A stretch of 64,000 nucleotides of DNA from an uncultured Bdellovibrio sp. (GCA_963932905.1 CAWVRN010000006.1:32001-96000); one strand, 5' to 3'; positions 28,987 to 38,317 are shown, numbered from the stretch's first letter. Made by a program: numbers and translations. Notes: generated by a model not told the origin, from the letters alone.

Positions 28987-29919
28987 CTAGTTGCCTTTAT
29001 AAAGTTGAACAGTAGAGCCATTGATCTGCAAACTGGGTTGTAGTGACTCGATTAGCTTATATGGTGACAGCATCATCATCAAAGAAATATCCTTGAATGG
29101 AATTTCCTTATCCGGAGTCACAGCTAACTTCACCGACTGAGGATTATGAAGGAAATCACGAAGCCCTGTTTTGATTTCAGAGTCTTCTATGTTGGCGGGA
29201 TCACGTTTAGTATCGGTTTTTTCAAAGGCTATATATCTATCCAAAGATACATTGTTTTTTTCTGCTAAAGATCTCACACTAGTCATCAACGAATTATCCA
29301 CATATTCCACCGAGAACCGCTTCACCGAGCTTTGCTGAAATTGTGACATATCTTTTAAATCCAGACCGTTAGGTAAAGAAAAATCCGTTAAGTGAGCACT
29401 CACGCTCAGTTTACCCATTTGCAAACCTTCGACAGAAAGTTCATTCAGATAAAAATCTCTTGTTTCAACTTTATAGTCGTAATCGGACACGATATTCAGC
29501 ACTAACTTTTCATACCCCAATTCGGTCAGTGCCGATTTTAATCGCGGGGACAGATATACTTCGTTTAATTCTAGTTTCTGTACGGAAATTTTCAGTTTTG
29601 TTAGATCGCCAAAATCCATTTCACCTTGGGTGATGTTGTACAATTCCACAAATGACCAACTCGAAAAATCCACGCGGTCGGTCGACAATACTTTTTCACC
29701 CTCTTTTGTATTAATGTTCAACTTATTAATGCGAATTCTAAGAGGAATATAAGATAAGCGAACATCTTCGAAAGTTAATTCTAAGCCATATTTATAAACG
29801 GCGTCTTGCACATCGGTCATATGGGCTTGCAGATGTTCCTGAGCTAGCTGAGGTATTACAAAGTTTAGGCTTAAGAACGCGGTAATTAAAAAACTAAGCA
29901 CAACCACTTTTATTTTCAC
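28987..29919 (-). CDS. Membrane-anchored/exported hypothetical protein
   Basis: GTG start with GAGG RBS, an N-terminal hydrophobic helix, and a beta-rich body. Confidence 0.65.
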   Translation of the reverse strand: MKIKVVVLSFLITAFLSLNFVIPQLAQEHLQAHMTDVQDAVYKYGLELTFEDVRLSYIPLRIRINKLNINTKEGEKVLSTDRVDFSSWSFVELYNITQGEMDFGDLTKLKISVQKLELNEVYLSPRLKSALTELGYEKLVLNIVSDYDYKVETRDFYLNELSVEGLQMGKLSVSAHLTDFSLPNGLDLKDMSQFQQSSVKRFSVEYVDNSLMTSVRSLAEKNNVSLDRYIAFEKTDTKRDPANIEDSEIKTGLRDFLHNPQSVKLAVTPDKEIPFKDISLMMMLSPYKLIESLQPSLQINGSTVQLYKGN

Positions 29920-29960
29920 AAAACCTCACCAGCCGCTAAGGGCGCTATTCATCACTGGTT

Positions 29961-29988
29961 AGATCGGGAGAATGGGTTGGGAAATAAA
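29961..29988 (-). promoter_or_regulatory. Putative sigma-28 promoter
   Basis: Minus strand reads TTTA-N16-CCCGATCT, about 40 nt upstream of the start at 29919. Confidence 0.4.
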
Positions 29989-30034
29989 GGTCTAAGGGAA
30001 ATAATTAAGAAAATTTTTACTGTCTCAAAAAAAG

Positions 30035-30060
30035 AAAAAGGGCTTTTACTAAAGCCCTTT
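30035..30060 (-). terminator. Rho-independent terminator downstream of the sigma-54 activator
   Basis: Minus strand reads AAAGGGCTTT-AGTA-AAAGCCCTTTTT. Confidence 0.75.
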
Positions 30061-30161
30061 AAAAAACTGCAGACGTTCTATATTTGATGGCTATCAGGTA
30101 ACGTTCCACTGCCATACTTAAACTTTTTTCAGAAACCCATTTTCAGAGTTTCTGTCTAAAT

Positions 30162-31235
30162 TTACTTCATCGGTTTTGAATGTACCGCAAACTTATCAAA
30201 TTCACCGTATTCGTGAAGTTTGTTGTACAGAGTCTTAATTGTAATACCTAGGCTATTAGCCGCTTGCGTTTTGTTACCGCTAAAGTGACCAAGGGCTTTA
30301 AGGATGTACTTTTTCTCGATTTCATAAAGAGGGATGTTTGGATCGTACTCTAAGAAATCGATTTCAACTTCAGGGCTTTGGATATAGTCTGGAAGATCAC
30401 CAATCTCGATTTGGTGTCCTTCTGAAAGAATTTGCAGACGTTCACAAACGTTTTGCAATTCTCTGATATTTCCTGGCCAGTCGTATTTCATCAACAATTG
30501 AACCGCTTCAGTCGAAATAGTTTTCATTTTTCCGTACTGAGCTTGTGGTGATGAATTCATAAAATGCTGGATCAAAAGAGGAATGTCCTCTTTACGACGT
30601 CTTAAAGGAGGCGCGTTTACTACGATCGTGTTGATACGATAGAATAAATCTTCGCGGAAATTACCTTTTTGAACTTCTTGATCAAGCTCTCTGTTTGTAG
30701 CCGAGATTAAACGGATATCTACTTTGATTGGGTCTTTACCACCAACGCGGAAGATTTCGCCTTCTTGGATAAAACGTAAAAGTTTAGCTTGGATGCCGTG
30801 AGAAAGCTCACCGATTTCATCTAAGAATAAAGTTCCACCGTTAGCGACTTCAGCTAAACCGATCTTACGTGTGTAAGCGCCGGTGAATGAACCTTTTTCG
30901 TGTCCAAACAATTCGCTCTCAAGCAACGTTTCACGTAAAGCGCCGCAGTTAATAGCGACGAAAGGACGGCTCTTACGAGTCGACTTTTCATGAACCGCAC
31001 GAGCCAGTAATTCCTTACCAGTTCCAGACTCACCTAATACTAATACGTTAGCATTAGAAGGAGCTACACGGTCGATCATCTTCATCAAGTTACCCATCGC
31101 TTCTGATTGGTAAATGATTGATCGAGTGATCATTTGAGCCGGCTTAGCCTGCTCGATGGGTTTGCCCCAAAGCACTTGGTTTTGGGATTGGCTCGTCGGT
31201 AGGACCTGTGACGAGGAAATTGAATTATCGTTCAT
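30162..31235 (-). CDS. Sigma-54-dependent transcriptional activator (AAA+ and Fis HTH) with no N-terminal sensory domain
   Basis: [39 protein letters not shown] and [23 protein letters not shown]. Only about 38 aa precede the AAA+ domain. Confidence 0.92.
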   Translation of the reverse strand: MNDNSISSSQVLPTSQSQNQVLWGKPIEQAKPAQMITRSIIYQSEAMGNLMKMIDRVAPSNANVLVLGESGTGKELLARAVHEKSTRKSRPFVAINCGALRETLLESELFGHEKGSFTGAYTRKIGLAEVANGGTLFLDEIGELSHGIQAKLLRFIQEGEIFRVGGKDPIKVDIRLISATNRELDQEVQKGNFREDLFYRINTIVVNAPPLRRRKEDIPLLIQHFMNSSPQAQYGKMKTISTEAVQLLMKYDWPGNIRELQNVCERLQILSEGHQIEIGDLPDYIQSPEVEIDFLEYDPNIPLYEIEKKYILKALGHFSGNKTQAANSLGITIKTLYNKLHEYGEFDKFAVHSKPMK

Positions 31236-31428
31236 ACGTTCCGCCTTTGTGTGATAATGTCATTTCAGTTAGTATTTTTTTCAGTGACGACGACCCCTTC
31301 GCTTGACCCCGAAAGGCAGTCTCGAAATGATGCACCGTTGCTTACGCATCGCAATATAGTCTAGGTTAAGTAATTTTTGCAAGAAAATTTTTGCAAGGTG
31401 TTATAAAAAATTTAGGATTTTCACGAAA

Positions 31429-32376
31429 ATGACCCCACTAGAGGCCTTTCACGAAATAGATAACTATTTGAAATACATGCAGAATATTAAAACCTGCAGC
31501 CCTCACACGGTGCGGGCCTATAAAAAAGACTTAGAGGGGTTTTTCGAGCCTGTAAAAACTTCAAAAATCAATACAGTCGATCTGAGAATGTACTTCTCGA
31601 CTCGACTTTTGGAACTAGGGCATCTGAGCCTGGCCTCGCGGAACCGAAAAATGGGTACCTTAAAGAGCTTTCTAAATTGGCTATACGAAACCCACAAGAT
31701 CGAAACAGCCCTATCTGAGGTCTACCACTCACCCAAAGTGCCACGTAAAATACCTCACTTTATATCATTTGATGAAATCAGCGCTTGTTTACAGTTCCTA
31801 GGAAATCAACCCGCTCAGACCACGCAGCTTGAGAATTTACTACTGCGACAGCAGCGATTGCTGTTTCTTTTTCTTTACGGGGCTGGATTGCGTATTTCAG
31901 AAGGCTGCCATTTAAAAATGCGCGATGTGATTGAATCAGATCGTAAAATTTTAGTCCGCGGTAAAGGCGCCAAAGAACGAATTGTAGTTTGTCCCGAATT
32001 TGTTTGGGCAGAATGGACTGCCTATCGTGTGTTCATCAAAGATCACTTCCCATCAATTCCTAAAAATTTTGAATTTATTTTTTTCCGATTTCAAAATGAA
32101 ATCTTTGAAGATGCTGCGATCAATGAACGCACTGGCTATAATTGGATTCGCAAGATTGGCGCGCAAAGCGGCCTGACTCAGAGTTTGAATCCACATGCTT
32201 TACGTCACAGTTTTGCTACACATTTACTAAATAGCGGAGCCAATTTGCGTGTCATTCAAAGCTTGCTTGGTCACACGTCTTTAGCAGCCACGGAGAAATA
32301 CACGCATTTAAATTTAAGTCAGCTTTATCAAACGATGGAAAAATCACATCCGCTTGGAAAACTGAAAGCTAAATAA
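31429..32376 (+). CDS. XerC/XerD-family tyrosine recombinase (chromosomal type)
   Basis: SAM-like N-domain (SPHTVRAYKKDL) and catalytic motifs GLRISE, GKGAKER, HALRHSFATHLL, LLGH and TEKYT. Confidence 0.92.
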   Translation: MTPLEAFHEIDNYLKYMQNIKTCSPHTVRAYKKDLEGFFEPVKTSKINTVDLRMYFSTRLLELGHLSLASRNRKMGTLKSFLNWLYETHKIETALSEVYHSPKVPRKIPHFISFDEISACLQFLGNQPAQTTQLENLLLRQQRLLFLFLYGAGLRISEGCHLKMRDVIESDRKILVRGKGAKERIVVCPEFVWAEWTAYRVFIKDHFPSIPKNFEFIFFRFQNEIFEDAAINERTGYNWIRKIGAQSGLTQSLNPHALRHSFATHLLNSGANLRVIQSLLGHTSLAATEKYTHLNLSQLYQTMEKSHPLGKLKAK

Positions 32377-32423
32377 ATTTTTCTATCGTCATTTCAAGTT
32401 AGATCATTCTTTAGGTAAGACAC

Positions 32424-33041
32424 TTACGATAAATGGGCGTGGGCCAAATACTCTCTGACTATTTTTTCCATTCTGGAAGATTGATTCCGTGCTTCGATGG
32501 CCAGAGGTTCTAGCTGGGCAAACTGGGTCAATGGTGTTTTTAAGAACGGCATCATCCAAGATTCTTGTTCAAGAACTCCTTGTTCCGCCAACAGCTTTAA
32601 AAAGAATTGCACCTTAAGAATCGGTACATGCACCTGGTAGTTAAGGTTCTCGGTCGCCAGATTTTTTAGGCAGTGCCCTAACAAATTGTAGAGCGAGTCA
32701 GAAACGCTATCACCCTCTTGTGAAACTTTAGCGATACATTCAACAGCCATAAGGGCGAACTGCAATAAATCGTAATCTTTTTTTAACAGCGCAAAGTCAT
32801 TTATTAATTGAGCTTCGTCCAAAGTCGAAAGCTGGTGCTTATCAGATTTATCTGAATAACTGAGCTTAACGTGATGTAAGGGCTCTAGCACACCACCGCC
32901 AAAGCGCTTTCGACTCTTTAATGCCGACCTAGCCAAGAAGGATTTTTTTTCGCCAGAGGCTGAAATACCGGTAATGATCAGGTCAGCTTCGCCATATCTG
33001 ACTTTCTTCAATAATATGAATGTTCCGGTTTGTTTGACCAC
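32424..33041 (-). CDS. recO: DNA repair protein RecO
   Basis: YGEADLII...ARSALKSRKRFGGGVLEP, the RecO N-terminal OB-fold pattern. Confidence 0.88.
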   Translation of the reverse strand: MVKQTGTFILLKKVRYGEADLIITGISASGEKKSFLARSALKSRKRFGGGVLEPLHHVKLSYSDKSDKHQLSTLDEAQLINDFALLKKDYDLLQFALMAVECIAKVSQEGDSVSDSLYNLLGHCLKNLATENLNYQVHVPILKVQFFLKLLAEQGVLEQESWMMPFLKTPLTQFAQLEPLAIEARNQSSRMEKIVREYLAHAHLS

Positions 33042-33073
33042 GTTTTTAGTTCCTCACCCAAATTTTGAGTGGC

Positions 33074-34060
33074 CTAAAAACTCCACTCGGAATCGGATTT
33101 GATTTCATTGACGATATCGTCAATGACTGCTTTTGAAGGAATATCTTTCACATCCCGGAAAGACAAGCTAATTAATCCTCTTAGAACATCGTCGGAAATT
33201 TCAGGCTGAATCCACGATCGAATTGATTTTGGGCTATTGGAAACGCAGTCAGAATACGAGCGCACATTTGCAAAACCCTTTTCTTTTAATTTCCCCGCAA
33301 CCAAATCACCATGGATTCCATCAAACACTATAAGGGACCGATCCCATGAACGCTGACTTTTGTAATTCCATTTTGTTTGTGTGAGTGAGGATTCCCAAGA
33401 CTTCACATCGGCTTCGAATGATTTCGATTTGCCTTTTAATTTTAACAACCATTCCTCTTTCCAGTGAATATTTTGATAGGGTCCTACGGGGGAATAGACT
33501 TTGGCTCGTTCCGGTAAATACACCAAGCTTAAATCCTGGCTCGGTATTTGTATTCCATAAGAATTCGGCTGCAATTTAAAATCTGATGTAAATTCATGAT
33601 TCACCAAAACAAAAAATATTTTTTTTGCTATTGCCCACTCTTCGATTTTTTCATGTGGAAAATTTTCACCGGTCAGTGCGTGATTTTTAAAAAACACCAA
33701 AAACAAAGTATTTTTATCTAACCCTTCAATTATGCTCTGCCCTTGATCAGGCGCCTGTTGCAAATCAGCGAGTTTTATATTCTGAACTTGATAGCTTTCA
33801 CGAATAAAATAGGGCTGCGTGTTTTCTAAAAGCGGTGAACATCCTGTCACCCAAGCAATACTGCGCTTGTGCGCATAAAGTTGAGCGACACTAATTAATA
33901 AATCATGAACAGCTAAAAATGGATTTATGTAACTTCGAATTTGATTTAGCGTGTTTAATTCATTCTTTAAACGAAAGTTAACTAGATCCCATTCTTCGGG
34001 ATGCGAGAAAGATTCAAACACCATAGATACATTAGACCTGATTCGGTTTGGTTTTTCCAT
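33074..34060 (-). CDS. Divergent cysteine desulfurase (IscS/NifS)-like protein
   Basis: LDKNTLFLVFFKNHALTGENFP and VRSYSDCVS...VLRGLISLSF align by eye with IscS segments. No SxHK motif. Confidence 0.5.
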   Translation of the reverse strand: MEKPNRIRSNVSMVFESFSHPEEWDLVNFRLKNELNTLNQIRSYINPFLAVHDLLISVAQLYAHKRSIAWVTGCSPLLENTQPYFIRESYQVQNIKLADLQQAPDQGQSIIEGLDKNTLFLVFFKNHALTGENFPHEKIEEWAIAKKIFFVLVNHEFTSDFKLQPNSYGIQIPSQDLSLVYLPERAKVYSPVGPYQNIHWKEEWLLKLKGKSKSFEADVKSWESSLTQTKWNYKSQRSWDRSLIVFDGIHGDLVAGKLKEKGFANVRSYSDCVSNSPKSIRSWIQPEISDDVLRGLISLSFRDVKDIPSKAVIDDIVNEIKSDSEWSF

Positions 34061-34123
34061 AAATTGATTGTTCGTATGGTAACAAAGGACTAGGCTTATA
34101 GATGATTTAGGAGGGGTATTCCC

Positions 34124-34723
34124 ATGAGAAATTTAGTTCTATTATTATGTTTACTCGGATTTAATTATGCCCATGCACTGGTAGAAGCCCGTTTAACTTA
34201 CGGAGTTCTAGGCAGCAAACCAGACCTAGCTACTATTTACAGCGGTACTACGACTCTACCAACTGTGGCCCCAAATGCTGGTATTGGTTTTGATGCGCTC
34301 TTTATTTTCCCACTTGTTAAAATCGGAATCGGCGCTCGTTACGAAAACTTAGGATTTAATGTTAGCTCAGAAGGATTAGAATTTAAATCTCAGCTAACCC
34401 GTACCTCATTGATCTTGAATTATCGATTGATCGATACAGTAATGTATCTTGGCCCTATTGCTACCATCGGAATGTCACACACTAACAATATTAAATGGAC
34501 GGAAGGTTCAAGCGCCACAGATTTTACACCGGATACGACATCAAGCTACTCGGTCGGCTTAGAAGCCGGAGTGGCACTCTTAGGTTTCCGTGTTGGCGCC
34601 GAAGCTGGTTATCAAAATATGAAATGGAACAAAGTGAAAGATTCAACTGGAACGTCATCTAGTACTCCAGATTTGGATATGAGCGGATCGTACGTAAAAG
34701 CAGTTTTAGGATTTGGAATTTAG
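34124..34723 (+). CDS. Outer-membrane beta-barrel protein (8-stranded porin family-like)
   Basis: AGGAGG RBS, signal peptide, alternating beta-strands and C-terminal YVKAVLGFGI. Confidence 0.75.
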   Translation: MRNLVLLLCLLGFNYAHALVEARLTYGVLGSKPDLATIYSGTTTLPTVAPNAGIGFDALFIFPLVKIGIGARYENLGFNVSSEGLEFKSQLTRTSLILNYRLIDTVMYLGPIATIGMSHTNNIKWTEGSSATDFTPDTTSSYSVGLEAGVALLGFRVGAEAGYQNMKWNKVKDSTGTSSSTPDLDMSGSYVKAVLGFGI

Positions 34724-34749
34724 TTAGCACCTAATTCGTTTTTAAAATT

Positions 34750-34780
34750 AAAAAAGCCCAAGTTGTTCTTGGGCTTTTTT
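34750..34780. terminator. Bidirectional rho-independent terminator
   Basis: AAAAAAGCCCAAG-TTGTT-CTTGGGCTTTTTT between convergent genes. Confidence 0.88.
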
Positions 34781-34781
34781 G

Positions 34782-35177
34782 TTATTTCTTCTTCAATTCA
34801 ATTTTTAAATCTTTATCACCAGGCTTAATCTTTTTTCCATCAGCTGTCGCTCCTTCAGGTCCGGACTTATCTGTCGCATTACCTATCTGAGAATATCGGG
34901 CATACACTGTAAATGGCCCTGTGAAAGGAGTTCCTTGTACCATGGCGTTCTCTGGCCCTAGTTGAAATTTGACGGGAAACTTCGGATCGGCAATTCGCTG
35001 AACCGCAACTGGCATTTGTCCATCACCTGCTTTACCACCAGCATTTTTTGCAAAAATAAATAATGTTCCACCCGCTTTGATTTCTTTGGCTGCGTCCTTA
35101 TCAACAGAAATAACTCCGGTAATGGAATTGGCCAATGCAAACACTGCAGATAATAAACTAACTAAAATCGTTTTCAT
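34782..35177 (-). CDS. Exported protein resembling the CcmI/CycH C-terminal domain
   Basis: ATG at 35177 with GAGGAG RBS and a signal peptide. Pattern TLFIFAK...MPVAVQRI...FPVKFQL...AM...VYARYS. Confidence 0.7.
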   Translation of the reverse strand: MKTILVSLLSAVFALANSITGVISVDKDAAKEIKAGGTLFIFAKNAGGKAGDGQMPVAVQRIADPKFPVKFQLGPENAMVQGTPFTGPFTVYARYSQIGNATDKSGPEGATADGKKIKPGDKDLKIELKKK

Positions 35178-35359
35178 ATTCTTCTCCTCTACGTTGATCA
35201 TGAAATACTCTTTTTAACTAATTGTCTAGCTTTGCCAATTTGAGACCCAACGTTGTTGTCTTGAGTTAGGATCATCTGTTCGTCCAGCAAAATTTATCTT
35301 CACATGACAATCATTTTTTCTTATGACGAAATTAAACATCACATGAAAAAGGAGGTTCT

Positions 35360-35731
35360 ATGAATACAACTAAAACGTATAAGTTTGGTGACTACACTTT
35401 TAAAACTTATTGGAAAACGGCTGGTGAAGGCTGGGAGATCGGATTAACTTGTGGAAATAAAGTTTACTTCGTTGGTAACTTTATCCGTGAAAAAGAAGCT
35501 AAAAAATGGTGGTCGTATTTCAATAAATACGTAACTCATTTTTTTCGCAAATATGAATACTATGCGGATGCTCCTAAAGATTTCTACGGTCAATTTATGG
35601 GTACATTCGTATACCGCGAATACTACAACTTCTTATTTGAACTTTTTGATGGTTACACTGGCCACTACGAAAAAGAAAATGCTAAGTTTTTCAAGAAATA
35701 CGAAAAATTTGCTCGTCTGTATGCCGCTTAA
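35360..35731 (+). CDS. Small cytoplasmic protein extremely rich in Tyr/Phe/Trp, ending -LYAA
   Basis: Strong AAGGAGG RBS. 37 of 123 residues are aromatic (manual count). Has its own terminator. Confidence 0.8.
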   Translation: MNTTKTYKFGDYTFKTYWKTAGEGWEIGLTCGNKVYFVGNFIREKEAKKWWSYFNKYVTHFFRKYEYYADAPKDFYGQFMGTFVYREYYNFLFELFDGYTGHYEKENAKFFKKYEKFARLYAA

Positions 35732-35806
35732 ACCTTCGGTTTAGTATGCCGCTTAAACCTTCGGTTTAGAATGCCGCTTAAATCTTTGGTTTAGAATGCT
35801 GCCTCA
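35721..35806 (+). repeat. 25-bp tandem repeat (3 copies plus a degenerate partial) overlapping the stop codon of 35360..35731
   Basis: ATGCCGCTTAAACCTTCGGTTTAG(T/A) at 35721, 35746 and 35771 (2 mismatches), with a partial copy at 35796. Confidence 0.95.
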
Positions 35807-35813
35807 TTAGTTT

Positions 35814-35838
35814 AAGGGACCCTTGCGGTCCCTTTTTT
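35814..35838 (+). terminator. Rho-independent terminator
   Basis: AAGGGACC-CTTGC-GGTCCCTT followed by TTTT. Confidence 0.85.
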
Positions 35839-37348
35839 ATATTTCGCGGCCGATCTTTCGAAAGCAGGCTTTTGTGGTCATTAAATTATTAAATTCTGAC
35901 TCTTCCTTTTCACATTCGGCATTACGGAAATCTTTTAATACCTTCAGCATCTCTTGAAAATGCAGACTGTGTTTTTTCTGAGCATAGAAAGTTTCCTCGA
36001 TCGGGAATAAATAGGCTTCAAGAATATGACTGGTATCTTCGAATTGGATCACCGTCTTCAATGACGAATAGGGCATATGCGTTGGCATACGATCCTTAAG
36101 AAAACCAATATAACGAAATACTTTGGCCAGAACCGTTTTCATGTTTATTTTCCAAGAATCCACAAACTGGTAACTATCCATAATAGTCCAATTGTAAATA
36201 CTTTGAATGATCGCATCCTGCATTCTGATTTTTCTGAGAAGTGGGATAGAATCCGATTCTTCATATTTTCCCAAAAAGCGATATTCGGCCAGTAAATCGA
36301 ATCGAGAATCAAACTCGATATCGCCGGGAGCAAAAATCTCGGTCGATTCGATGCCCATGTTTTTCAAAAATGGGGTTGATTTGAATTTCGTCGTCATGGA
36401 TTTATTTTCTGGAAGTAACACTTTCGAAGAGGACGCGTTTAGATAGGCATTCTCTATGAGTTCTGCACAGAAGATATTATCTGCGTCCAATGAGCTCATA
36501 TTAAAATCGTAAGGAATATTGTAACCGTGTTTAGAAATAAACCCGTTCGCTAAATCAAATGCGGCTCTACCGGCCTTGGAGGCAATATCGCTATCATTGA
36601 AACGGAAATGAACAACGCGTGCTTCTTTTTGTTTTAACCAAGTTTCAAAAGGAGTGACTTTAGTACCGTAGGGAATTAGGGCTTCGACAATCACCTTTTC
36701 GCCTTTATCATTCATTCCCAAAATCGCTAGGTGACTAAACTGAAGTTCGGCGTCGCCTATTCGGGCAATCATTCCACTAACATAGCTTTTACCTCGAATT
36801 AGGAATAAATCACCAATTTGAAATTCTACTTTATCGACATTTTTCATCAACTGAGGAAATTCGCCGCTCAATATATCGTTACTGAATTGAGTGACTTTTT
36901 TACGTTCGATTAGCCATTCGATCAACATGTCTTCCATAAAACGCACATATCGTGTTGAACGTCGAATGTTTTGCAGACAATCAAAGGTTAGCTTTCCTTG
37001 CTGCGAAAGTTCTTTTTGTTTTTTCCTAACCATTAACTGAACATGAAAAAGTCGCTTTAAAGTTTCCTCGCCCTTTTGTTCTAGTTCGACAATATCTTGC
37101 TCCGTCTGGGGGAAAAAACTTTCGCTTTTAAGCCGGTCAATTTTATCTAACTTGTCAGAAATAAATTCTACACATTTGTCCGGGGACTTCAGATTGGAAT
37201 CGATTTGACTTATACTTTTTGCCACTTCGTTAACAAAATTCAACGGCTTTAAAATCATTGAGTTAATTTCGGTTTGGGAATCATTCGCCCATAAACAAAC
37301 AGGTAATAAAAATAAAACAACGTTAATTGGTAAAAATCTCATACACAT
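35837..37348 (-). CDS. Secreted permuted papain-like NlpC/P60 (YiiX/YebB-like) hydrolase
   Basis: Signal peptide. GDLFLIRG...FSHLAI (His) precedes PYDF...IFCAEL (Cys) and APGD, which is the permuted order. Confidence 0.8.
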   Translation of the reverse strand: MCMRFLPINVVLFLLPVCLWANDSQTEINSMILKPLNFVNEVAKSISQIDSNLKSPDKCVEFISDKLDKIDRLKSESFFPQTEQDIVELEQKGEETLKRLFHVQLMVRKKQKELSQQGKLTFDCLQNIRRSTRYVRFMEDMLIEWLIERKKVTQFSNDILSGEFPQLMKNVDKVEFQIGDLFLIRGKSYVSGMIARIGDAELQFSHLAILGMNDKGEKVIVEALIPYGTKVTPFETWLKQKEARVVHFRFNDSDIASKAGRAAFDLANGFISKHGYNIPYDFNMSSLDADNIFCAELIENAYLNASSSKVLLPENKSMTTKFKSTPFLKNMGIESTEIFAPGDIEFDSRFDLLAEYRFLGKYEESDSIPLLRKIRMQDAIIQSIYNWTIMDSYQFVDSWKINMKTVLAKVFRYIGFLKDRMPTHMPYSSLKTVIQFEDTSHILEAYLFPIEETFYAQKKHSLHFQEMLKVLKDFRNAECEKEESEFNNLMTTKACFRKIGREI

Positions 37349-37412
37349 ATGATCAGAACGGAATACATTTTTAGCAAGACTTAATTGCCTAAGGCTAGAT
37401 CGGGTTTTTAGA

Positions 37413-38312
37413 TTATTGGCTTTTAACTATCAAGATATCGGCAAAAACAACCAGAAAAATACCCAGCAGCTGAGAAACCGACATAACTTCAGAGAAAAAC
37501 AAGAACGCCAAAAGCGTGGCCGTAATTGGCTCAATCATCACCAGAATGCTAGCTTGCGTACTAGGAATTCGCTGCAATCCCGCTAAAAACAAACTCAATG
37601 GCGCAATTGTACCAACAATGCTTAAGCCCAAAAACAACTTAAAATTAGAAAATTCTACACCTACAAAATCATTCAAAGTCGGACGATGAATCAACGCCAA
37701 CGAGACTCCCGCAGACAACATCACATAAAAGCTAGAGGTCAATGGATGAATATTTTTCTGAAAACGATCTGACAACAACACGTACGCCGCATAGGTAATC
37801 GCCGCTCCCAGAGCCGCATACACGCCCAATGCATTTTTAATTTCAAATTCGTCTCTCAAAAGCAAGAACATCCCCATCAGCGCAATCAACAAAGAAACAC
37901 CTACTCGCTTTTCAAATGGATGTTTCAAGAACAAAACTGATCCCAAAAATACAAATACAGGAAACGTAAACAGTAACATCGCACTGATGCCAACGCTGAG
38001 ATATTTAAAAGAGATAAAATAGAAACTAGAAAAAACAGCATAGCCCAATACTCCCAGCAAAATACAGGTGATAAATTGAACTTTAGATACCAGAAACAAG
38101 TTTATATTTTTCGAAATTTTTAAGACTAGAAAAGCAAGCCCTAAAAGAAAGGAAGCAAACAAAAACCGAATCGATAAGACCACGCCCATATCAAGACCCG
38201 TCTTAATAAACAATTTTCCGAAAATCCCCAAACTTCCAAAGCATATTCCGGCCATTAAGATAAAAAAAACCCCAGTGTAAAAACCGGGGCCTTTTGAAGA
38301 CGACTTAGACAA
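37413..38312 (-). CDS. EamA/DMT-family transporter
   Basis: About ten TM helices in two EamA repeats (IRFLFA; ASILVMIEP). Confidence 0.9.
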   Translation of the reverse strand: MSKSSSKGPGFYTGVFFILMAGICFGSLGIFGKLFIKTGLDMGVVLSIRFLFASFLLGLAFLVLKISKNINLFLVSKVQFITCILLGVLGYAVFSSFYFISFKYLSVGISAMLLFTFPVFVFLGSVLFLKHPFEKRVGVSLLIALMGMFLLLRDEFEIKNALGVYAALGAAITYAAYVLLSDRFQKNIHPLTSSFYVMLSAGVSLALIHRPTLNDFVGVEFSNFKLFLGLSIVGTIAPLSLFLAGLQRIPSTQASILVMIEPITATLLAFLFFSEVMSVSQLLGIFLVVFADILIVKSQ

Positions 38313-38317
38313 GTATC

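Noticed and set aside
31429..32376. Tyrosine recombinase as the integrase of a prophage or island
   Set aside because: It has XerC/D size and motifs and is flanked by recO and a regulator. I see no tRNA, att repeats, phage genes or convincing dif site.
35721..35806. 25-bp hairpin repeats as a mini CRISPR array
   Set aside because: The units are directly adjacent with no unique spacers, and there are no cas genes in the window.
35721..35806. Idea that the repeat adds an Ala-Ala degron to frameshifted products in all three frames
   Set aside because: Manual translation shows the +1 and +2 frames hit TAG (35742 and 35767) immediately before the next x-Ala-Ala-TAA, so the tag would not be translated without readthrough.
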